From Rhizophagus irregularis (taxonomy: Eukaryota): 64,000 nucleotides of DNA. The position numbers and the translations under genes are program-made. Below the pieces are notes generated by a model, which worked only from the letters and a program-made list of their open reading frames with translations, had not been told where the DNA came from and ran no database searches. Within the stretch, counting starts at the first letter, position 1; each line of letters opens with the position of its first letter. This document shows, piece by piece, positions 12,496-25,511 of the stretch. The stretch lies in assembly GCF_026210795.1 (NCBI RefSeq), contig NC_089431.1:1674001-1738000 (forward strand), in the 5' to 3' direction.

Positions 12496-12555
12496 AAATA
12501 TAGAACACATAACGAAAATAACAAATTCAGAAGTAGAATCAATTAAAGAAATATT

Positions 12556-13782
12556 ATGGAGGAAAATAATTATAAGAGAATAATTGACAATATCGAAAAA
12601 GAGAATAAATATGAATTGAAAGAAGGAATTTTATATAGAATAAAAGGACAAAACAGATTTAGAGTAATCAGGGATTATGAATACGAGGGATTGATGTACA
12701 TGATGCATGATAATGAATTATCAGGACATTTTGGGATAGAAGCGACATTAGATAGAATAAAAGAAAATTATTGGTGGAAAAATATGAAAGAAGATGTAGA
12801 AGAATATGTAAGGACGTGTTGGAATTGTCAAATGAGAGGAAAACCAAGAGGAAAGAACGAATTAACGCCAATAAAGATAAATGAACCATTTGAGATGATT
12901 GGGATAGATATAGTTGGACCGTTAAAAGAGACAGAAAAGGGAAATAAGTACATTGTAGTAGCAATGGATTATTTTACAAAATGGCCCGAGGCCGCACCAC
13001 TAAAAGAAGCTACAGCAAAAGAGGTAGTAGAATTTATTTGGAGGGACATAATTTGTAGACATGGATGTCCAAAGAAAATAATTAGCGATAGAGGGACTCA
13101 CTTTAACAATAAAATGATGGAGGAATTAGTAGAAAGATGTGGGATAAATCATAGATTAAGTACACCATATAGGCCACAAACAAATGGTTTGGTCGAAAGA
13201 TTCAATAAAACCTTATGCGAAGGATTAGCCAAATTAGGAGAAGAAGATTGGGATAAACATATACCATCCGTATTATTTGCATACAGAACAAAGAAGCAAT
13301 CGTCAACAAGAATTAAACCTTTTTATGCAACGTACGGAAGGAGAGCGAAATTACCATTAGACAGAGATGAAAACAAGATAACGTTAGCTAATAGAGTAAA
13401 AATACTAATTGAGGAGCTACCGGTAATAAGAAGAAAAATAAAAGAAAATGTGAAAGAAGCTCAAGAAAAACAAAAACAACAACACGACAAAAGGGGAATT
13501 AGAAAACCTAAATTTGAAATAGGAGAAAAAGTATTATTATATGAAGCATGGAGAGAGAAACAATGGTCTGGAAAATTACAGAGCAAATGGAAAGGACCAT
13601 ATTTAATTCACGAAGAATTTGGAAACGGAGCATATAAACTCAAAGAATTAGACGGAAGAATATTGAAAACACCACAAAATGGAGAATGGTTAAAGAAATT
13701 TTATGATCGAAGGGAATTTACACCAAAAATAGTAATCAAAGGAAAAGAGGTATTCGATAAGACCCGAGTTCGATTCAATTAG
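12556..13782 (+). CDS. Gypsy integrase (HHCC, DDE, GPY/F)
   Basis: H..GH..CWNC, GIDIVGP, SDRGTHF, NGLVERFN, WKGPY. Confidence 0.95.
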   Translation: MEENNYKRIIDNIEKENKYELKEGILYRIKGQNRFRVIRDYEYEGLMYMMHDNELSGHFGIEATLDRIKENYWWKNMKEDVEEYVRTCWNCQMRGKPRGKNELTPIKINEPFEMIGIDIVGPLKETEKGNKYIVVAMDYFTKWPEAAPLKEATAKEVVEFIWRDIICRHGCPKKIISDRGTHFNNKMMEELVERCGINHRLSTPYRPQTNGLVERFNKTLCEGLAKLGEEDWDKHIPSVLFAYRTKKQSSTRIKPFYATYGRRAKLPLDRDENKITLANRVKILIEELPVIRRKIKENVKEAQEKQKQQHDKRGIRKPKFEIGEKVLLYEAWREKQWSGKLQSKWKGPYLIHEEFGNGAYKLKELDGRILKTPQNGEWLKKFYDRREFTPKIVIKGKEVFDKTRVRFN

Positions 13783-13844
13783 AATTATTATGAACGAGAC
13801 CCGAGTTTGATTCTTTTAAAGTTATTTGTGAGGTCACAAATAGC

Positions 13845-13855
13845 GAAGAGGGGGA
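13845..13855 (+). promoter_or_regulatory. Polypurine tract
   Basis: gaagaggggga just before the 3' LTR. Confidence 0.85.
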
Positions 13856-13858
13856 TAA

Positions 13859-15095
13859 TGTAAACGGCCAAATATCAAGTACGAAAAGAAGATAAAATTC
13901 AACCACCAAATGTAATTATCAAGTATTAAGAACGAACGAATTAATCGTGGATTGGCGTGGATGGATAAATAATTAGCCGAAAAGGATAAACATTTAAGAA
14001 GAGTAATGATCTACATGATGTAATATTTATTGAATGATTGACAAAGAACCAATAGGATAAATAGAGTCGATCATTTGCGGCTTAGCGATCTTTAACAATG
14101 AGAACGACAAGAAAGAATAATTATAAGCCACAAAAGGTAGATTATGAGCGAAACACATAAAGTGGATTAAAAGAATATATAAAATAATGTCGGAAAGATT
14201 GGAGAACACAAAATAATATAGAAGATAATATGAAAAGATGGCATAAAGATGGAATATAAAAGATAACATATTAAAAAGAACATATATAAAAGATAACACA
14301 GCCACAAAAGATGAATTATATCTTTACGACATAATATTTGAAAGATTATTTTAAAGAAAAGATAGCACAGCCATAAAAGATGGGTTATAAATTATTTCTT
14401 TACGATGTAATATTTGAATAATAGAAAAGATAATATATAAAATAATATATAAGATAGCATATTAAAAGATAGCGTATTTAAAATATAGATAGTATATTAG
14501 AAAGATAGTTCAAAGATAATATGTAAAGAACATAAAAGATAGTATATAGATAGAATAGAAAGTAGCATAAAAATTGTATATATAGAGAACGGAATTCAAA
14601 GTAATTCCACAGTTCGCATCCACAGAACTCAATAAAATATAAGTTTTATTTTTTAATTATTAATGAAGTTTAATATTAATTAAAGGTAATAGGTTCGCCC
14701 TAAACTTTAATTAATGTTTGATTAATTAATTTTAATTAATGAAAATTTAAGATGAATTAAATATATACCTTTGGAAGATAATAATTCGTAGCGAGAGCTA
14801 TCGCAGTTTGAAATCGAAAGTGGATATAAATTGAGGAAAATTCAGAGAAGTTAATTTTATTTTATACCGTTCAACGCTTTATATTACTAACGCTATTTAT
14901 TTTGTGAACCAAGAATGTTGTTGTATATTGTTCGCTGATGTTGTTGTTTGTTAATTATGTTTTGATCACGTGTTTGTTCGTTTGATTGCTCGTTCGTTCG
15001 TTTGTTTGTTCGCTCATTCGTTCGTTCGACCATGAGAACGCCCGTTCGATGTGGCAACCTTGTAAATTGATGACAGGGGGAATTGGGGGATCTCA
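13859..15095 (+). repeat. 3' LTR
   Basis: Direct repeat of 3464-4700. Confidence 0.97.
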
Positions 15096-15099
15096 ACGC

Positions 15100-15400
15100 A
15101 GTAAAATTACGGAATATTACGAATCGTAAAATTACGAAGCCTTGCATATAGTAATATTTCGAAATATTTTAAAAAGTTACAAAATATTACGCTTACGCAA
15201 ACTTGCGGCGGGTCTGAAAACTTACGAAATATTATGTAAAATTACGAAATATTGCGAACTGCAAAATTACGGAATATTACAAATCGTAAAATTACGAAGC
15301 TTTGCATATCGTAATATTTCGAAATATTTTAAAAAGTTACAAAATATTACGCTTACGCAAACTTGCGGCGGGTCTGGAAGCTTACGAAATATTATGATGT
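15100..15400. repeat. 160-bp-period tandem duplication of a gaaatattacg-rich repeat; continues at ~3350-3463 on the other side of the Gypsy insertion
   Basis: Units start at 15101 and 15261; a related copy lies at ~3371-3463. Confidence 0.8.
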
Positions 15401-15994
15401 GTAAACTTGCGCAACTTTTTGCACTATATAATTTCCTGATGTATGAAAAATATAGTTATGACAAATACACGTAATTTTTATTAAATCGGGTTAAATTCTC
15501 TTTTCGCGCATAGTAGGCATACAGTATAAAATAAACCTTTTTCCCAGCGCATTTACGCAAGATAACTATTGCTATTAAAAAAATCAAGCGATATTATCTA
15601 AAAAACTTGATCCACCAATAAAATCTCAATAAAATTACTACGCCTAATCATGTCCAGTTTGTTATTGCTCAACTCTTCGGGAGTCATGCCTTTTTTGACC
15701 TTAACCGCTGTTTTTTTGTTCATTGGTCCAATTTTCCCCTGCGTAACTGTGAAAAGTGCGTTTTCACGTGATCACCCACTTTATTCATCACGAGGCATCA
15801 CACCTGCCTCTAAACGTGAAATACTATTTATCTAAGGGACTTAAGGTTTTTTCGAGTGGGCAAAAACTTATTTGTCATCTTTATTTGTCACATGCACTTT
15901 CACGTAATGCCGTAATGCCAGCCCTGTAGGTGCTTTTTTTCACGGTTACGCAGGGGTAGTTATTGGTCCAGTGTTAATCATAGGGATCGCTACC

Positions 15995-16816
15995 ATGTGG
16001 TCAAATCTCAAACAAAAAATTTCCGATGAACTTTCTGCACGTGTCATTAAAATTCTCATCGATCTTGGTATACTAAATAATATACCGGGAAAGAGGTCAC
16101 TTCATGACCAGATCTCTACTGAACTTAATGATAAATTTGACACATGTATTTCCGATATTAATTCTATTTTCACTGAGAAGCTCGACAGAATCAATAATGA
16201 TCTTAATAATAAACTTACCGCGAAAGCCGAAAAAAACAAGGCACGTGATGATGACTTCACTAAGGAGATGCAGAAAATCTTTTCAATGATCAGTACTGTT
16301 ACCGAAAGGCTTGATAGGATCGAAGAAGCCTGTCATAATGATTTTGGAAACATTTCGTCCGAATTTACATCAATCAAAGCTTCTATTGAAATTCTTCAAA
16401 ATGATTTGGCCCAACGTTATGCGGTTGTCTGAAGAGCCGATTTTGATCAACAAAGCGTGTCCAATGAATCTGAAACTAATGTATCTGGACTGGGAAGTTC
16501 GCTAGACTCTGCCTCAGCTTCAACTAGTTCAAGCTCTTCATCTGAAGGTTCCAATTTATCTGGAATTTTTGATATTACTGGAGACATTAAAATTCGCTTT
16601 AAACAACACTTTGATCGACTTATGAAGGCGAGGAATTATACTGTTGATGAGATGTGTTTCTCGGTAGTAATGGATATTCGTAGTTTTGGAGGGAATATTA
16701 AAATCTCAACAGTGAAAACTTTTTATAGTGGTGTTAGTGGTAGTAAAGTTAGCACAGTTAGCACAGTTAATCAGATAAACGCATGGGTAGCTAGTTTTAA
16801 TAATAATGCGGAGTAG
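15995..16816 (+). pseudogene. Hypothetical coiled-coil protein split by one in-frame TGA
   Basis: ORFs 15971-16432 and 16457-16816 share a frame and are joined by GTC TGA AGA GCC GAT...GTG. Confidence 0.6.
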
Positions 16817-17694
16817 CGGGTAAGGAACTGCCAATATATGGGTTAGGGCTCGGCAGGCATTTATGCTTTATTCCTACCTTGAAACAACCTGCTACTCTAT
16901 TGTTTTTTTATTTTCATTTTTTACTTAGCCGGCCGGCCCTTTCTCATGTATTACTTTGCAATAAAGAATGTTTTGATTGATTTTTAAAATGTGTGCGTTT
17001 TGCAAATGTAAATATAAATCTATACATGTGTTATCAGGTGATTATTAACTCTCATGATAGTAAATTAAATGATTCCCGATTTATACTTTCATTTGAGAGA
17101 AATGCATGATAGCGTCATTATGCGTGTAAACAAACGAAACTGAGTGATTCCTGTTTTATATCTTCATTTGAGAGTGTTACGCTCTTATTATTGAGCCTTT
17201 CAAGATTGAGATTTTTTTCATCTCCAAATATAATTGATTATCATAATATATCTTGTCCATTAAAATGTTTGAGATTTCTGCAAATATATAAAGGCCCAGA
17301 TTACTTGAAAAAAGCCTTTTTCGCAATCATGGCAGATCAAGATCAAGATCGATGTCGTAATCTAAATCCTTATCCAACAACATTTAACTTATTAAATGAG
17401 GCAGTTAATAATAATGATAATTTGAAAAAAGATTATGATGCGAGAAAGTTTATGCGGATAGACGAAAATACAATTAAAGCAATATAACAACGTAAGACAC
17501 TTCATTAAGTAATATAAGCAAAAAACTTTTTATTCATGATGATTCATGTGATTATATTAATTAAAGCTATGAGGAGATAATTATTTTTACAATATAAAAA
17601 AGATACAATCTTTATGAAAAACTTTTATCGCATTTGAGTGAATTTTGAATTCCCTTACTAAATTTTCTTCATTGCTAGCACAGAGTATTGAAAT

Positions 17695-18996
17695 CTAATT
17701 ATTTAAAACAGCATAATGAGCATAAAACATATCAATGGGAATGAGATTAGGTAAAGTAGCAAAGGGGTTAGGTGGAGGAAGTTGAGGAGGTGGTGGTGGT
17801 GGTGGATTCAAAACATTGGCCGGTACCCCATGGTAAAGGCATGCCAATTGAATGTTGATAACGCATTGCCCAGGTTGCAGTTGGATCTGAGCTCCATTAC
17901 GATTAATAGTTCCAAATTCATACTAAATAAAAGAATACCTTAAATTTATTTTCTACGGATTTAACTTTTACTAAAAGCATATAAAAATATAACATACCAT
18001 CGTGGGATTAAATGCACCGGTAGCCGTTCGCGGATGATTAATGCAATAGTGCCAAGCCTATTAAGAATATAACAACAATCGGACATTACTAAAGAAATTG
18101 AGCAGAAATCGAATTCTTGTCATTTCTTACCGTCATCACTGAAGGCCTTGTAGCAGGTGCGACGGGTTCCTCTATTTTAATTGCGATGGCATCATGAGCC
18201 CGACCAGCTTGAAGCCAGTAAGTTTCGACTTTTCTTTTGACATCCGCTTCAGATTGTGTGTACGCAATTTCGATTACTAGATTCGGCCAGGGCTGAGTCT
18301 AAAAATGTAGTGTCAAATTAATACTGTTAAATCTTAAATAAAATCAGAAAATGATAAAGACAATAACTCTTCATACCCCATTTCTGTCACATCCGCCCCT
18401 AATCAATCGAGGTTTCGCTGATGGTGTCCATGCGTTGTCAGATTCTTTGCCTGTTCTACGAGTTTTTGTTGCTTTTACCAAGGGTTAGAGATAGACTTAG
18501 CTAACGCTAATAGTATCAAAGGAAACTAACAAACACTCACTTGTAGATCCATCATTAAGCATGCCGAGATTAGTGCCCCTCACACTTCTCATTGCTATAG
18601 CAATTTCATCGATTATGGAACCAACACAACGTTCATGAAATTTGGTGGGTAATTCAATGACACGGACGGTCCCATTTTCCCACTCCCACCAGCCGTGAAT
18701 ATTATATTTATCCGTACGTTCGACATAAGTATCAAAAGGTACCTCAGTAGCTAGCTCATACGGTAAACTTGAACAATAAATCAACAATTAGCTTACAAAA
18801 ATAGTCAAGTTGTTGAAGTAAATAACAAAATGACTTACGTTGCCTCTTCCCACCTGGCCTTCGAGTGCATTTGACCAGTTTTCCACCAGTAATTGCGATA
18901 TCTTTTCAGTTCGCCGGGCTCAAAAACATCGGAAGTGGATGTAAAAGAGGTGGTTGCAGTATTTTGGGTTGATTGGGTACTTTGACTAGTTGACAT
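17695..18996 (-). CDS. Multi-exon Uma2-like PD-(D/E)XK restriction-endonuclease-fold protein
   Basis: Spliced reading gives VIELPTKFHE...GKESD...WPNLVIEIAYTQS; ~6 exons with GT-AG introns. Confidence 0.7.
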
Positions 18997-19576
18997 ATTT
19001 CCCGGAATAGTAAAATCGTCGTTCCCGTACATGTTTATGTGTACAGTTTTATATACTTGGAGAAAAGAGTGATCACAAATATTACGCAATTTCAAAGGCT
19101 ACAGTAATTATATTGATTATTAATTATTCTATAACTTTCCGTCGCACAATTCAAGTTTGATGATTTAATCGAAAAATAACGGTGGCTTAGCTATCATTAA
19201 TGGAGGTGAAATCTGATTGGTCGATCAATCTCGTGATTTATGGAAACTCGGAACTCTCCTAAAACTATCGAGGAACTGGCAGGGAACTGGTGGAGATCAC
19301 TTGTGATACTATATACAGTACATCATGCCACAAACTGATTTAGCCGAAGATGCTGTGCATATGCATGTAAATATAAAATTAGCATAGCCGGCTAGATATG
19401 ACCCTATATAAATCCCATAAAAATGAATTTGAGTTTAGTCTCACTAAATCGGCTACAAATCGATAAAATCGCTTATAAAATTGAATCTGATATTTATTAG
19501 AGTATAATATTGCTAAATCAGCTAAAAACACTATAAATCAACAAAACACTATTTTATCGCTTAAACATTTATAAAG

Positions 19577-22436
19577 ATGGATTTAGATAGTAATGCTTAC
19601 TATAAGCTTTGTTTGCCTGATCGTGATAATAAATATAATAAGATATTAAAAGCAATACAGCTTTTACAACATAAATATGATCATGAAACACCAGAAATGT
19701 GGTGCTCTCGTATTCGTGATCCATTTAGGAAAATACTAGAAGAGAACTATTCCAGGGAAATCCTTTCTAAGAATGGATATATCACAATCCCTATAAAAAA
19801 TTTTTTATGAAAGTATTCCGAATTTTATCTGGTTTTTGTATTCCGAAAATGTTCCGATTTTTACTATTATGATTCCATTCCGAAAAGTGATCATTTTTCG
19901 GAATAATACTTTAGGTTATTACCCGGAAACACTCAAATTATACTCAGTAAATTTATGAAATTTAAACGGAATATTATCAGATAATTTACACAGATATTAT
20001 CCGAAAGTATTCAGTAAGTTTTATTGAATGCAATCAAGATACACTTCAATTATATTTGTAGGATATTATCTGAAAGTATTCATGAATGTGACCTATGTAT
20101 TTTTCAATAATACATAAATAAATTGATACATTAATAATAGGACTCTCTATATTAATAAGATTCTCCATCATTATTTCTAGCTTTCTTACAAGTGTTGTGT
20201 GACCTTTGTTGTTTTGGTTATGTTGACCTTCTTTTCCTTTCTCGTAAAGGTAATTGGGCGTCATTAGTTTTTATTTTAGTAAGAACTATACTTGATGATC
20301 ATTAAGAAATAGACATGGATGAAATAGCAATATCAGTATGTGGAAATGATTCAGAAATTGGAGTATTTTCGTCCATTTTTGGAGATATTGGTATATCAGG
20401 TGACGTTCTTAGAAATTGGAATAGGTAGTGATACCACTTTCTCGAGTTTTTTATTAGGTGTGATATTTTTGCACTTAAGAGGTGGATTGATACCTTGGAT
20501 AAAAGCTTCTTAGTTTTTTTTTGAAGGGTTTCACTTAGAAAACATACTAGGTTTCGCTTATAGATCAAAAATAAGATGCCAAAACCTACAAAAGAAAATA
20601 GTAAACGTGTCATACTAACGTATTTTATTAAAGTTTCAGACTTTTTTCAAAAACTCACCCAAGATTCAGAATCAAGATTTAACCAGATCTCTATAAAGTA
20701 GAAATAATGAAATGTTACAGTAATAAACATTTTTTTAAATTAGTTTTTGAAAGATTCCAAAAACTCACTATGATTCCAGTGCTTTGAAATCAGAAGTCGT
20801 CTAAAAAATAAAAAAACATGTTAGCAATCATTTTATTTTAAAATAGAATTAATTCAAAGGAAAAATATTTACTCATCGAATTTTCCTGCATGTCCAGATA
20901 CTCCAAAGAACAAAAAAAAAAATGAAATGTTCTTTGTTAAAATACTTTACTAATGCACACTCCAGAGACCAAAAGAGCCACTAAAAAAGAAATGAAATGA
21001 ACTGTTAGTACCGTTTGTTAACATAGATGAATTATAAAAAGAACAGGAAAATAGCTCGCCAGATTCTTACACGTCCAAAAACCCTTCCTACCATTTAAAA
21101 GATTAATGATTCCACGCAAAATTTCCATATGTTCAAGGCTAGTCCATTAAAAAAAGAGAAAAAATGAAACATTAATAAGACATTTGTTAAATGAATAATT
21201 AAAAAGAAAAAAGACAAACTGCTATAAAGTTCGTTAAAATAAAATAAAAAAATTTTGAAAAACTTATCAAAATTTCGCGTTCAAGGAGACCGAAAAAATG
21301 GCTAAAAGTTTCGTTTAGGATTTTTTTTCAACAGAAAGTACGAGGTGGGAAAGGAGAAAGAAAGACAAAGAAAAGGAAATGGTAGGGAAAGGACAAAAAG
21401 AGGGAAGGACAAAGAAAGGACGAAGGGAAGGGAAAGAAAAATGAAGGAGAGTTTAAAAAGTTAAAAAAAAGTGTAAATTAATTGATTTAGGAGTCTAATT
21501 GCTGATCTTTACCGTTACTAATTGAGGTCAAATATGGGCCAAATTGTATTATTGAAATATATTGTAAATAAAAATATTTTAAATAATCGGGATATAATCG
21601 GAACATTTTCAATTTGAATACAAATTCGGAATATCTTCAAAATTTTTTCGGAGTATTTCCTAATACTTTTTACCATATCAAAACTTCTAAATTTTAACTT
21701 GAAATATAATCAGAATGTTATCAGTATAATCGGAGTATTTTCAACAAATTCGGAAAAAAATTGGAATGTATCCGACAAAAATTTTTTATAGGGAATGTAT
21801 GGAAAGCTATATGTAGATGATAAGATTCATAATCGTCCAACCAATTATATATATTGCAGTGTATGTAACTCCTTAGTTTTCACACCTGCAAATAGTCTTT
21901 TTGAGGATCGCTATGGAGATAATCACTTGAAGAGATGTATTTCTGGAAATACTATTTCGAATGAACATGCAAGAAGAAATGAAATTCTCCAAACTATTGA
22001 TAGAAGGGAATTTCAGATCTGGCAATATAAACAATACATATTACAAAAAGAGGCTAAAATTAATCGTCTTCAGCTAGAGCTTTCATCCCAATCTACTCCA
22101 CATTCAGAAAAGGATAAATTGGCATCGGTATCATATGATATTGATGGAAATTTTACGGCTAGCTATGAAAATTATGCACAATCTAAAGCAAAATATACTA
22201 TGCCAAATGCTCCAAATTTCGAGCCAGCTTATATTTCACCTACTAGACAAGAAATGATTTTACCAACTTCTTATCAATCATCAAGTTCTAGCCAAAGGCG
22301 CTCAGAGCAAGGGATTACAAGTGAAATATTTATCTCATCTCAGTATGCTAAACAAAATAACTTATTACCATCTATAGACCATCTTAATCAGCCCACATTA
22401 AGATTGAGAGATGGTACAAAAATCACATTCGTTTAA
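19577..22436 (+). pseudogene. Intronless hypothetical gene (~283 aa, CxxC) disrupted by a 2-kb TIR element
   Basis: Removing 19789-21793 and one AAT restores ...NGYIT-MYGKLY... in frame. Confidence 0.8.
19789..21793. mobile_element. Non-autonomous DNA transposon, 2005 bp
   Basis: TIR CCCTATAAAAAATTTTT; 3-bp TSD AAT; subterminal ttccga/tcggaa repeats; no transposase seen. Confidence 0.88.
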
Positions 22437-22837
22437 CGACTGAGAAATATATTAATTATAGACTATTGAAGATTAATATCATTTAGCTAAAAGCGCAATG
22501 TATAACTTATACTTTATTTTTTATGCTAAATAATCTGCATATATGATAGCCTAGTAAAATTGGTTGAAGGCGCTATACATTTCATGTATTACCTGCCAAA
22601 TTTTCCAGATTAGTCTTTAACCCAGATCTCGAATATTGCCTTAATAAAATAATATATTGTCCACACCTTATGGCCTAGGCATGTGTGACATAAATTTTTG
22701 ATCCATCTAGCGTGTCTCTTCTTATTTATAAAAAGGCCATAAATGTATTATTTGTATTATAATAAAACTGATCCTGGTGGTCTATTTTTTTGAAATTTCA
22801 TGGAATTCCATTTTTTTGCGCCATGTATAAATATATA

Positions 22838-23395
22838 ATGGCATTTAACCAAGCATATTCTGAATTGCTAGCTAAGTTACCAGCTTCCATAATAAATGAG
22901 GCATGGATTCGTCTCACATCACGGAAGCATAACCCATTATCTGAGAAAGAGGCCAGTGAAATTAATCCAATTGTAGAGTCATTTTTAAAACATGAAGCTA
23001 TTAGATATCAGAAAAGATTAATACGCCAGAGACGAACCCAAAGTTGGCCAGAATGCCCGACATCGTTCAAAAAAATACCATTTATATTTGTCTCAGATAA
23101 TGATACTCAAACTGATAATATCACTTGGCCGGAGGCGCTAAAGTATGATCACAAGGAAGAGAATAATCGCCGGGTTATGAATGAGCTTAAAGTACTATCC
23201 CAGCACCTGCTCGATTATAATAAAAGAACTTTCGAGAAGTTCATGCGAGATGTAAATCTAGAGTACAATGAGTGGGTTAATACAAATAAGAAAATGCGCT
23301 ATGAGATCAAAGATCTGAAGATGTAGGTGCAGGAGGCGGAAAAAGAGCTGGCATCCATGAAGTCAGATTCTACTCGTCCAGCTTCAAAGGAGTAG
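22838..23395 (+). pseudogene. Hypothetical protein (MAFNQAYSELLAKLP...), probable premature TAG at 23324-23326
   Basis: Track ORF 22790-23326; the frame stays open for ~22 codons after the TAG. Confidence 0.5.
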
Positions 23396-23526
23396 CCCAA
23401 CCTAGTCTAATCGCTAATGGATCATCTATCGCCTTAGTAAAATCAAAAACTATAAAATTCTGATTTCGCAAATGCTTGTCAATAATCTTGGATGTCTTTT
23501 TCGGATCATCCGTATATTGACGCACA
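23370..23526 (-). pseudogene. 3' part of the outer element's A32-like ATPase, separated from 46045-46645 by the inner element
   Basis: RQYTDDPKK...FIVFDF...DPLAIRLGW resembles the inner ATPase RLYTEE...FVVFDL...DPLSIRVRW; joins in frame across the TSD. Confidence 0.9.
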
Positions 23527-23990
23527 GTCGTCGGGCTGGGTGTGGGAGGTGCAAGCACCACCCACCTCCGGGTCTACGACCCGTCGCAGTACCTCCTTCC
23601 CCCTACGGGGGATCAGGAATCCCCTATATCTGTCACCATCTGTCAATAACATCAGTCATATAACAATATACTAAAAAAGGATAAATAAGGGAAAAGAGAG
23701 GAAAATACGATAGAATCAGAGGGGTATGACAGATATGACGGATATGACAGACGTTTCAGAAAAATCGGGAGAGGGGTATCCCCAGAAAAAAGTTTTGATT
23801 TTACCCCCCAGATCTGTCATTCTGTCATAGTTATGTCATATGATCAGGATTCCGTCTAATAATCTGTTGGAAGCAGTGAGATAGCAAACCAGATAAGTTA
23901 GCAGGTAAGCCCCTAGAAGGTCTATAAAGCCAGTAAGACCAACCCCGTCCCGCCCCCGTCAGAAAAAATAAGTAATTGAATAATGAGTAT
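23527..23990 (+). repeat. Left TIR
   Basis: Reverse complement of 45581-46044 with few mismatches; starts GTCGTCGGGCTGGG. Confidence 0.95.
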
Positions 23991-24029
23991 TGAGAATAGA
24001 GCATATCCAGATAAGTTTAGAAGACAGTA

Positions 24030-24350
24030 CTAATCCGTCTTCCTCTTTTTTGCCTCCTTAAGGCATTTATCAATACACTGTTTACACGCGTCATCAGAAT
24101 CTAAGATTTTCTGTCCAAGTTTTTTGCATTGCCGATTGTAAGCCGTCTGCTGTCTCTTAGCAGCGGTTTCTTTCCTTTTCTCCTTAGTCTTCTTCTTGAT
24201 CACCCAGTCTATTCCAGTAAAAGTATTCTTATGCATACCACAAATTGTGCAGTCACCATGCAGCCGGTAACGCCCATTTGTAGTCATATCTTGTATTTCA
24301 CTAGCCGTCTCAGTTTCCTTCTTGCACTTTAGGCAGTAAAAACGTGTCAT
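24030..24350 (-). CDS. Small zinc-ribbon protein (DUF5679-like)
   Basis: FYCLKCK...NGRY..GDCTICG. Confidence 0.65.
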   Translation of the reverse strand: MTRFYCLKCKKETETASEIQDMTTNGRYRLHGDCTICGMHKNTFTGIDWVIKKKTKEKRKETAAKRQQTAYNRQCKKLGQKILDSDDACKQCIDKCLKEAKKRKTD

Positions 24351-24394
24351 TTTAAGATTTGAAGTCTAAAACCATTCCTTTAATTTGTCGTAAT

Positions 24395-25486
24395 ATGTCA
24401 CACTTAGAGAATTACTATAAGTACTACAATCTCTCCAGAATATCAGCACGAATTCTAAAAGGTGAAGAGCACTACAACCTATACAAAAAGCCCCTAAAGG
24501 AAAAGTCAACAGAACGCCCAAAGGTAATTGTATGGAAACCAAATGCAACACATCAGGCAGATCTTGCAGAGATGCCAGTTGACCCCAAAGGATTCCACTA
24601 TTTTCTCGTAGTGGTGGAAGTTGCAGGAAAGAGAGTTGATGCAGAACCCCTAAAGGATAAGACTGCAAATAGAGTTCTAAACGGGTTTGTCAAAATCTAC
24701 AGAAGAAATCGTATCAAGCCTCCAACACACTGACTGGAGACGGACTCCGGATCAGAATTCACTAACGACCAGGTACGTGATTTTTTCCTGAACAGCCTAG
24801 GGGTAATGATGAGGTTCGGAGAGCCAGGAAGGCATAAACAGCAATCTTATGCTGAAAGAGCTATCCAAGCCATCCAAGAACCCCTTCTTAAACGAATGGT
24901 AGCACAGGAGTTGAAAACCGGGGTGACATCCATGGAATGGTCAGAAGATTTCCATAATATAGTGAGTAAAGTAAATGAACTCTGGCAGAGAAATCCCCCA
25001 GACATTCCGACAGGGTCACCCAAAGTGTCAAAAAAGACAGACCTCCTCTCTGAAGGAGCACGTGTCCGAGTAAAGTTAGATGAACCTATCTCAGTACTCG
25101 GTAATAAACTTCATGGAAAATTTCGTACAGGAGACATAAGATGGAATCCCAATATCCGTGTCATCAAAAAAATGATCCTCTCACCCGAACAGCCTCCTAC
25201 GTATCTTCTTGATGGGCCATATGGTCGATTAGGTGTATCCAGATGTGCATATACCCGAAAGGAATTGCAAGTAGTTCCTATTAATGAAAAGCCTCCACCT
25301 GACTCTGTGATAAGAGGACAACCTGAAAGATTTGTTCCTGAGCAGATACTTCGGCATCGCATTAGAAAAGGTCAAGACCAGTATTTGGTTAAGTGGGAGC
25401 GCTATCCAGACACTGAGGCTACTTGGGAACCTGCTGACCGGTTGAAGGAGGATGTCCCTGACTTAATTCGCAAATTTTGGGAATAA
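24395..25486 (+). pseudogene. rve-type integrase with C-terminal chromodomain, one in-frame TGA (24731-24733)
   Basis: HQADLAEM, H*LETDSGSEF, SYAERAI; chromo PEQILRHR...QYLVKWERY...TWEP. Confidence 0.9.
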
Positions 25487-25511
25487 AAAAAAATAGAAGA
25501 ATTAAAAGGTC

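Larger units (their letters stand above)
3464..15095 (+). mobile_element. Full-length Ty3/Gypsy LTR retrotransposon, 11.6 kb
   Basis: Two 1237-bp TG..CA LTRs; 4-bp TSD ACGC (3460-3463, 15096-15099); PBS-like and PPT motifs; gag-PR-RT-RH-INT order. Confidence 0.97.
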
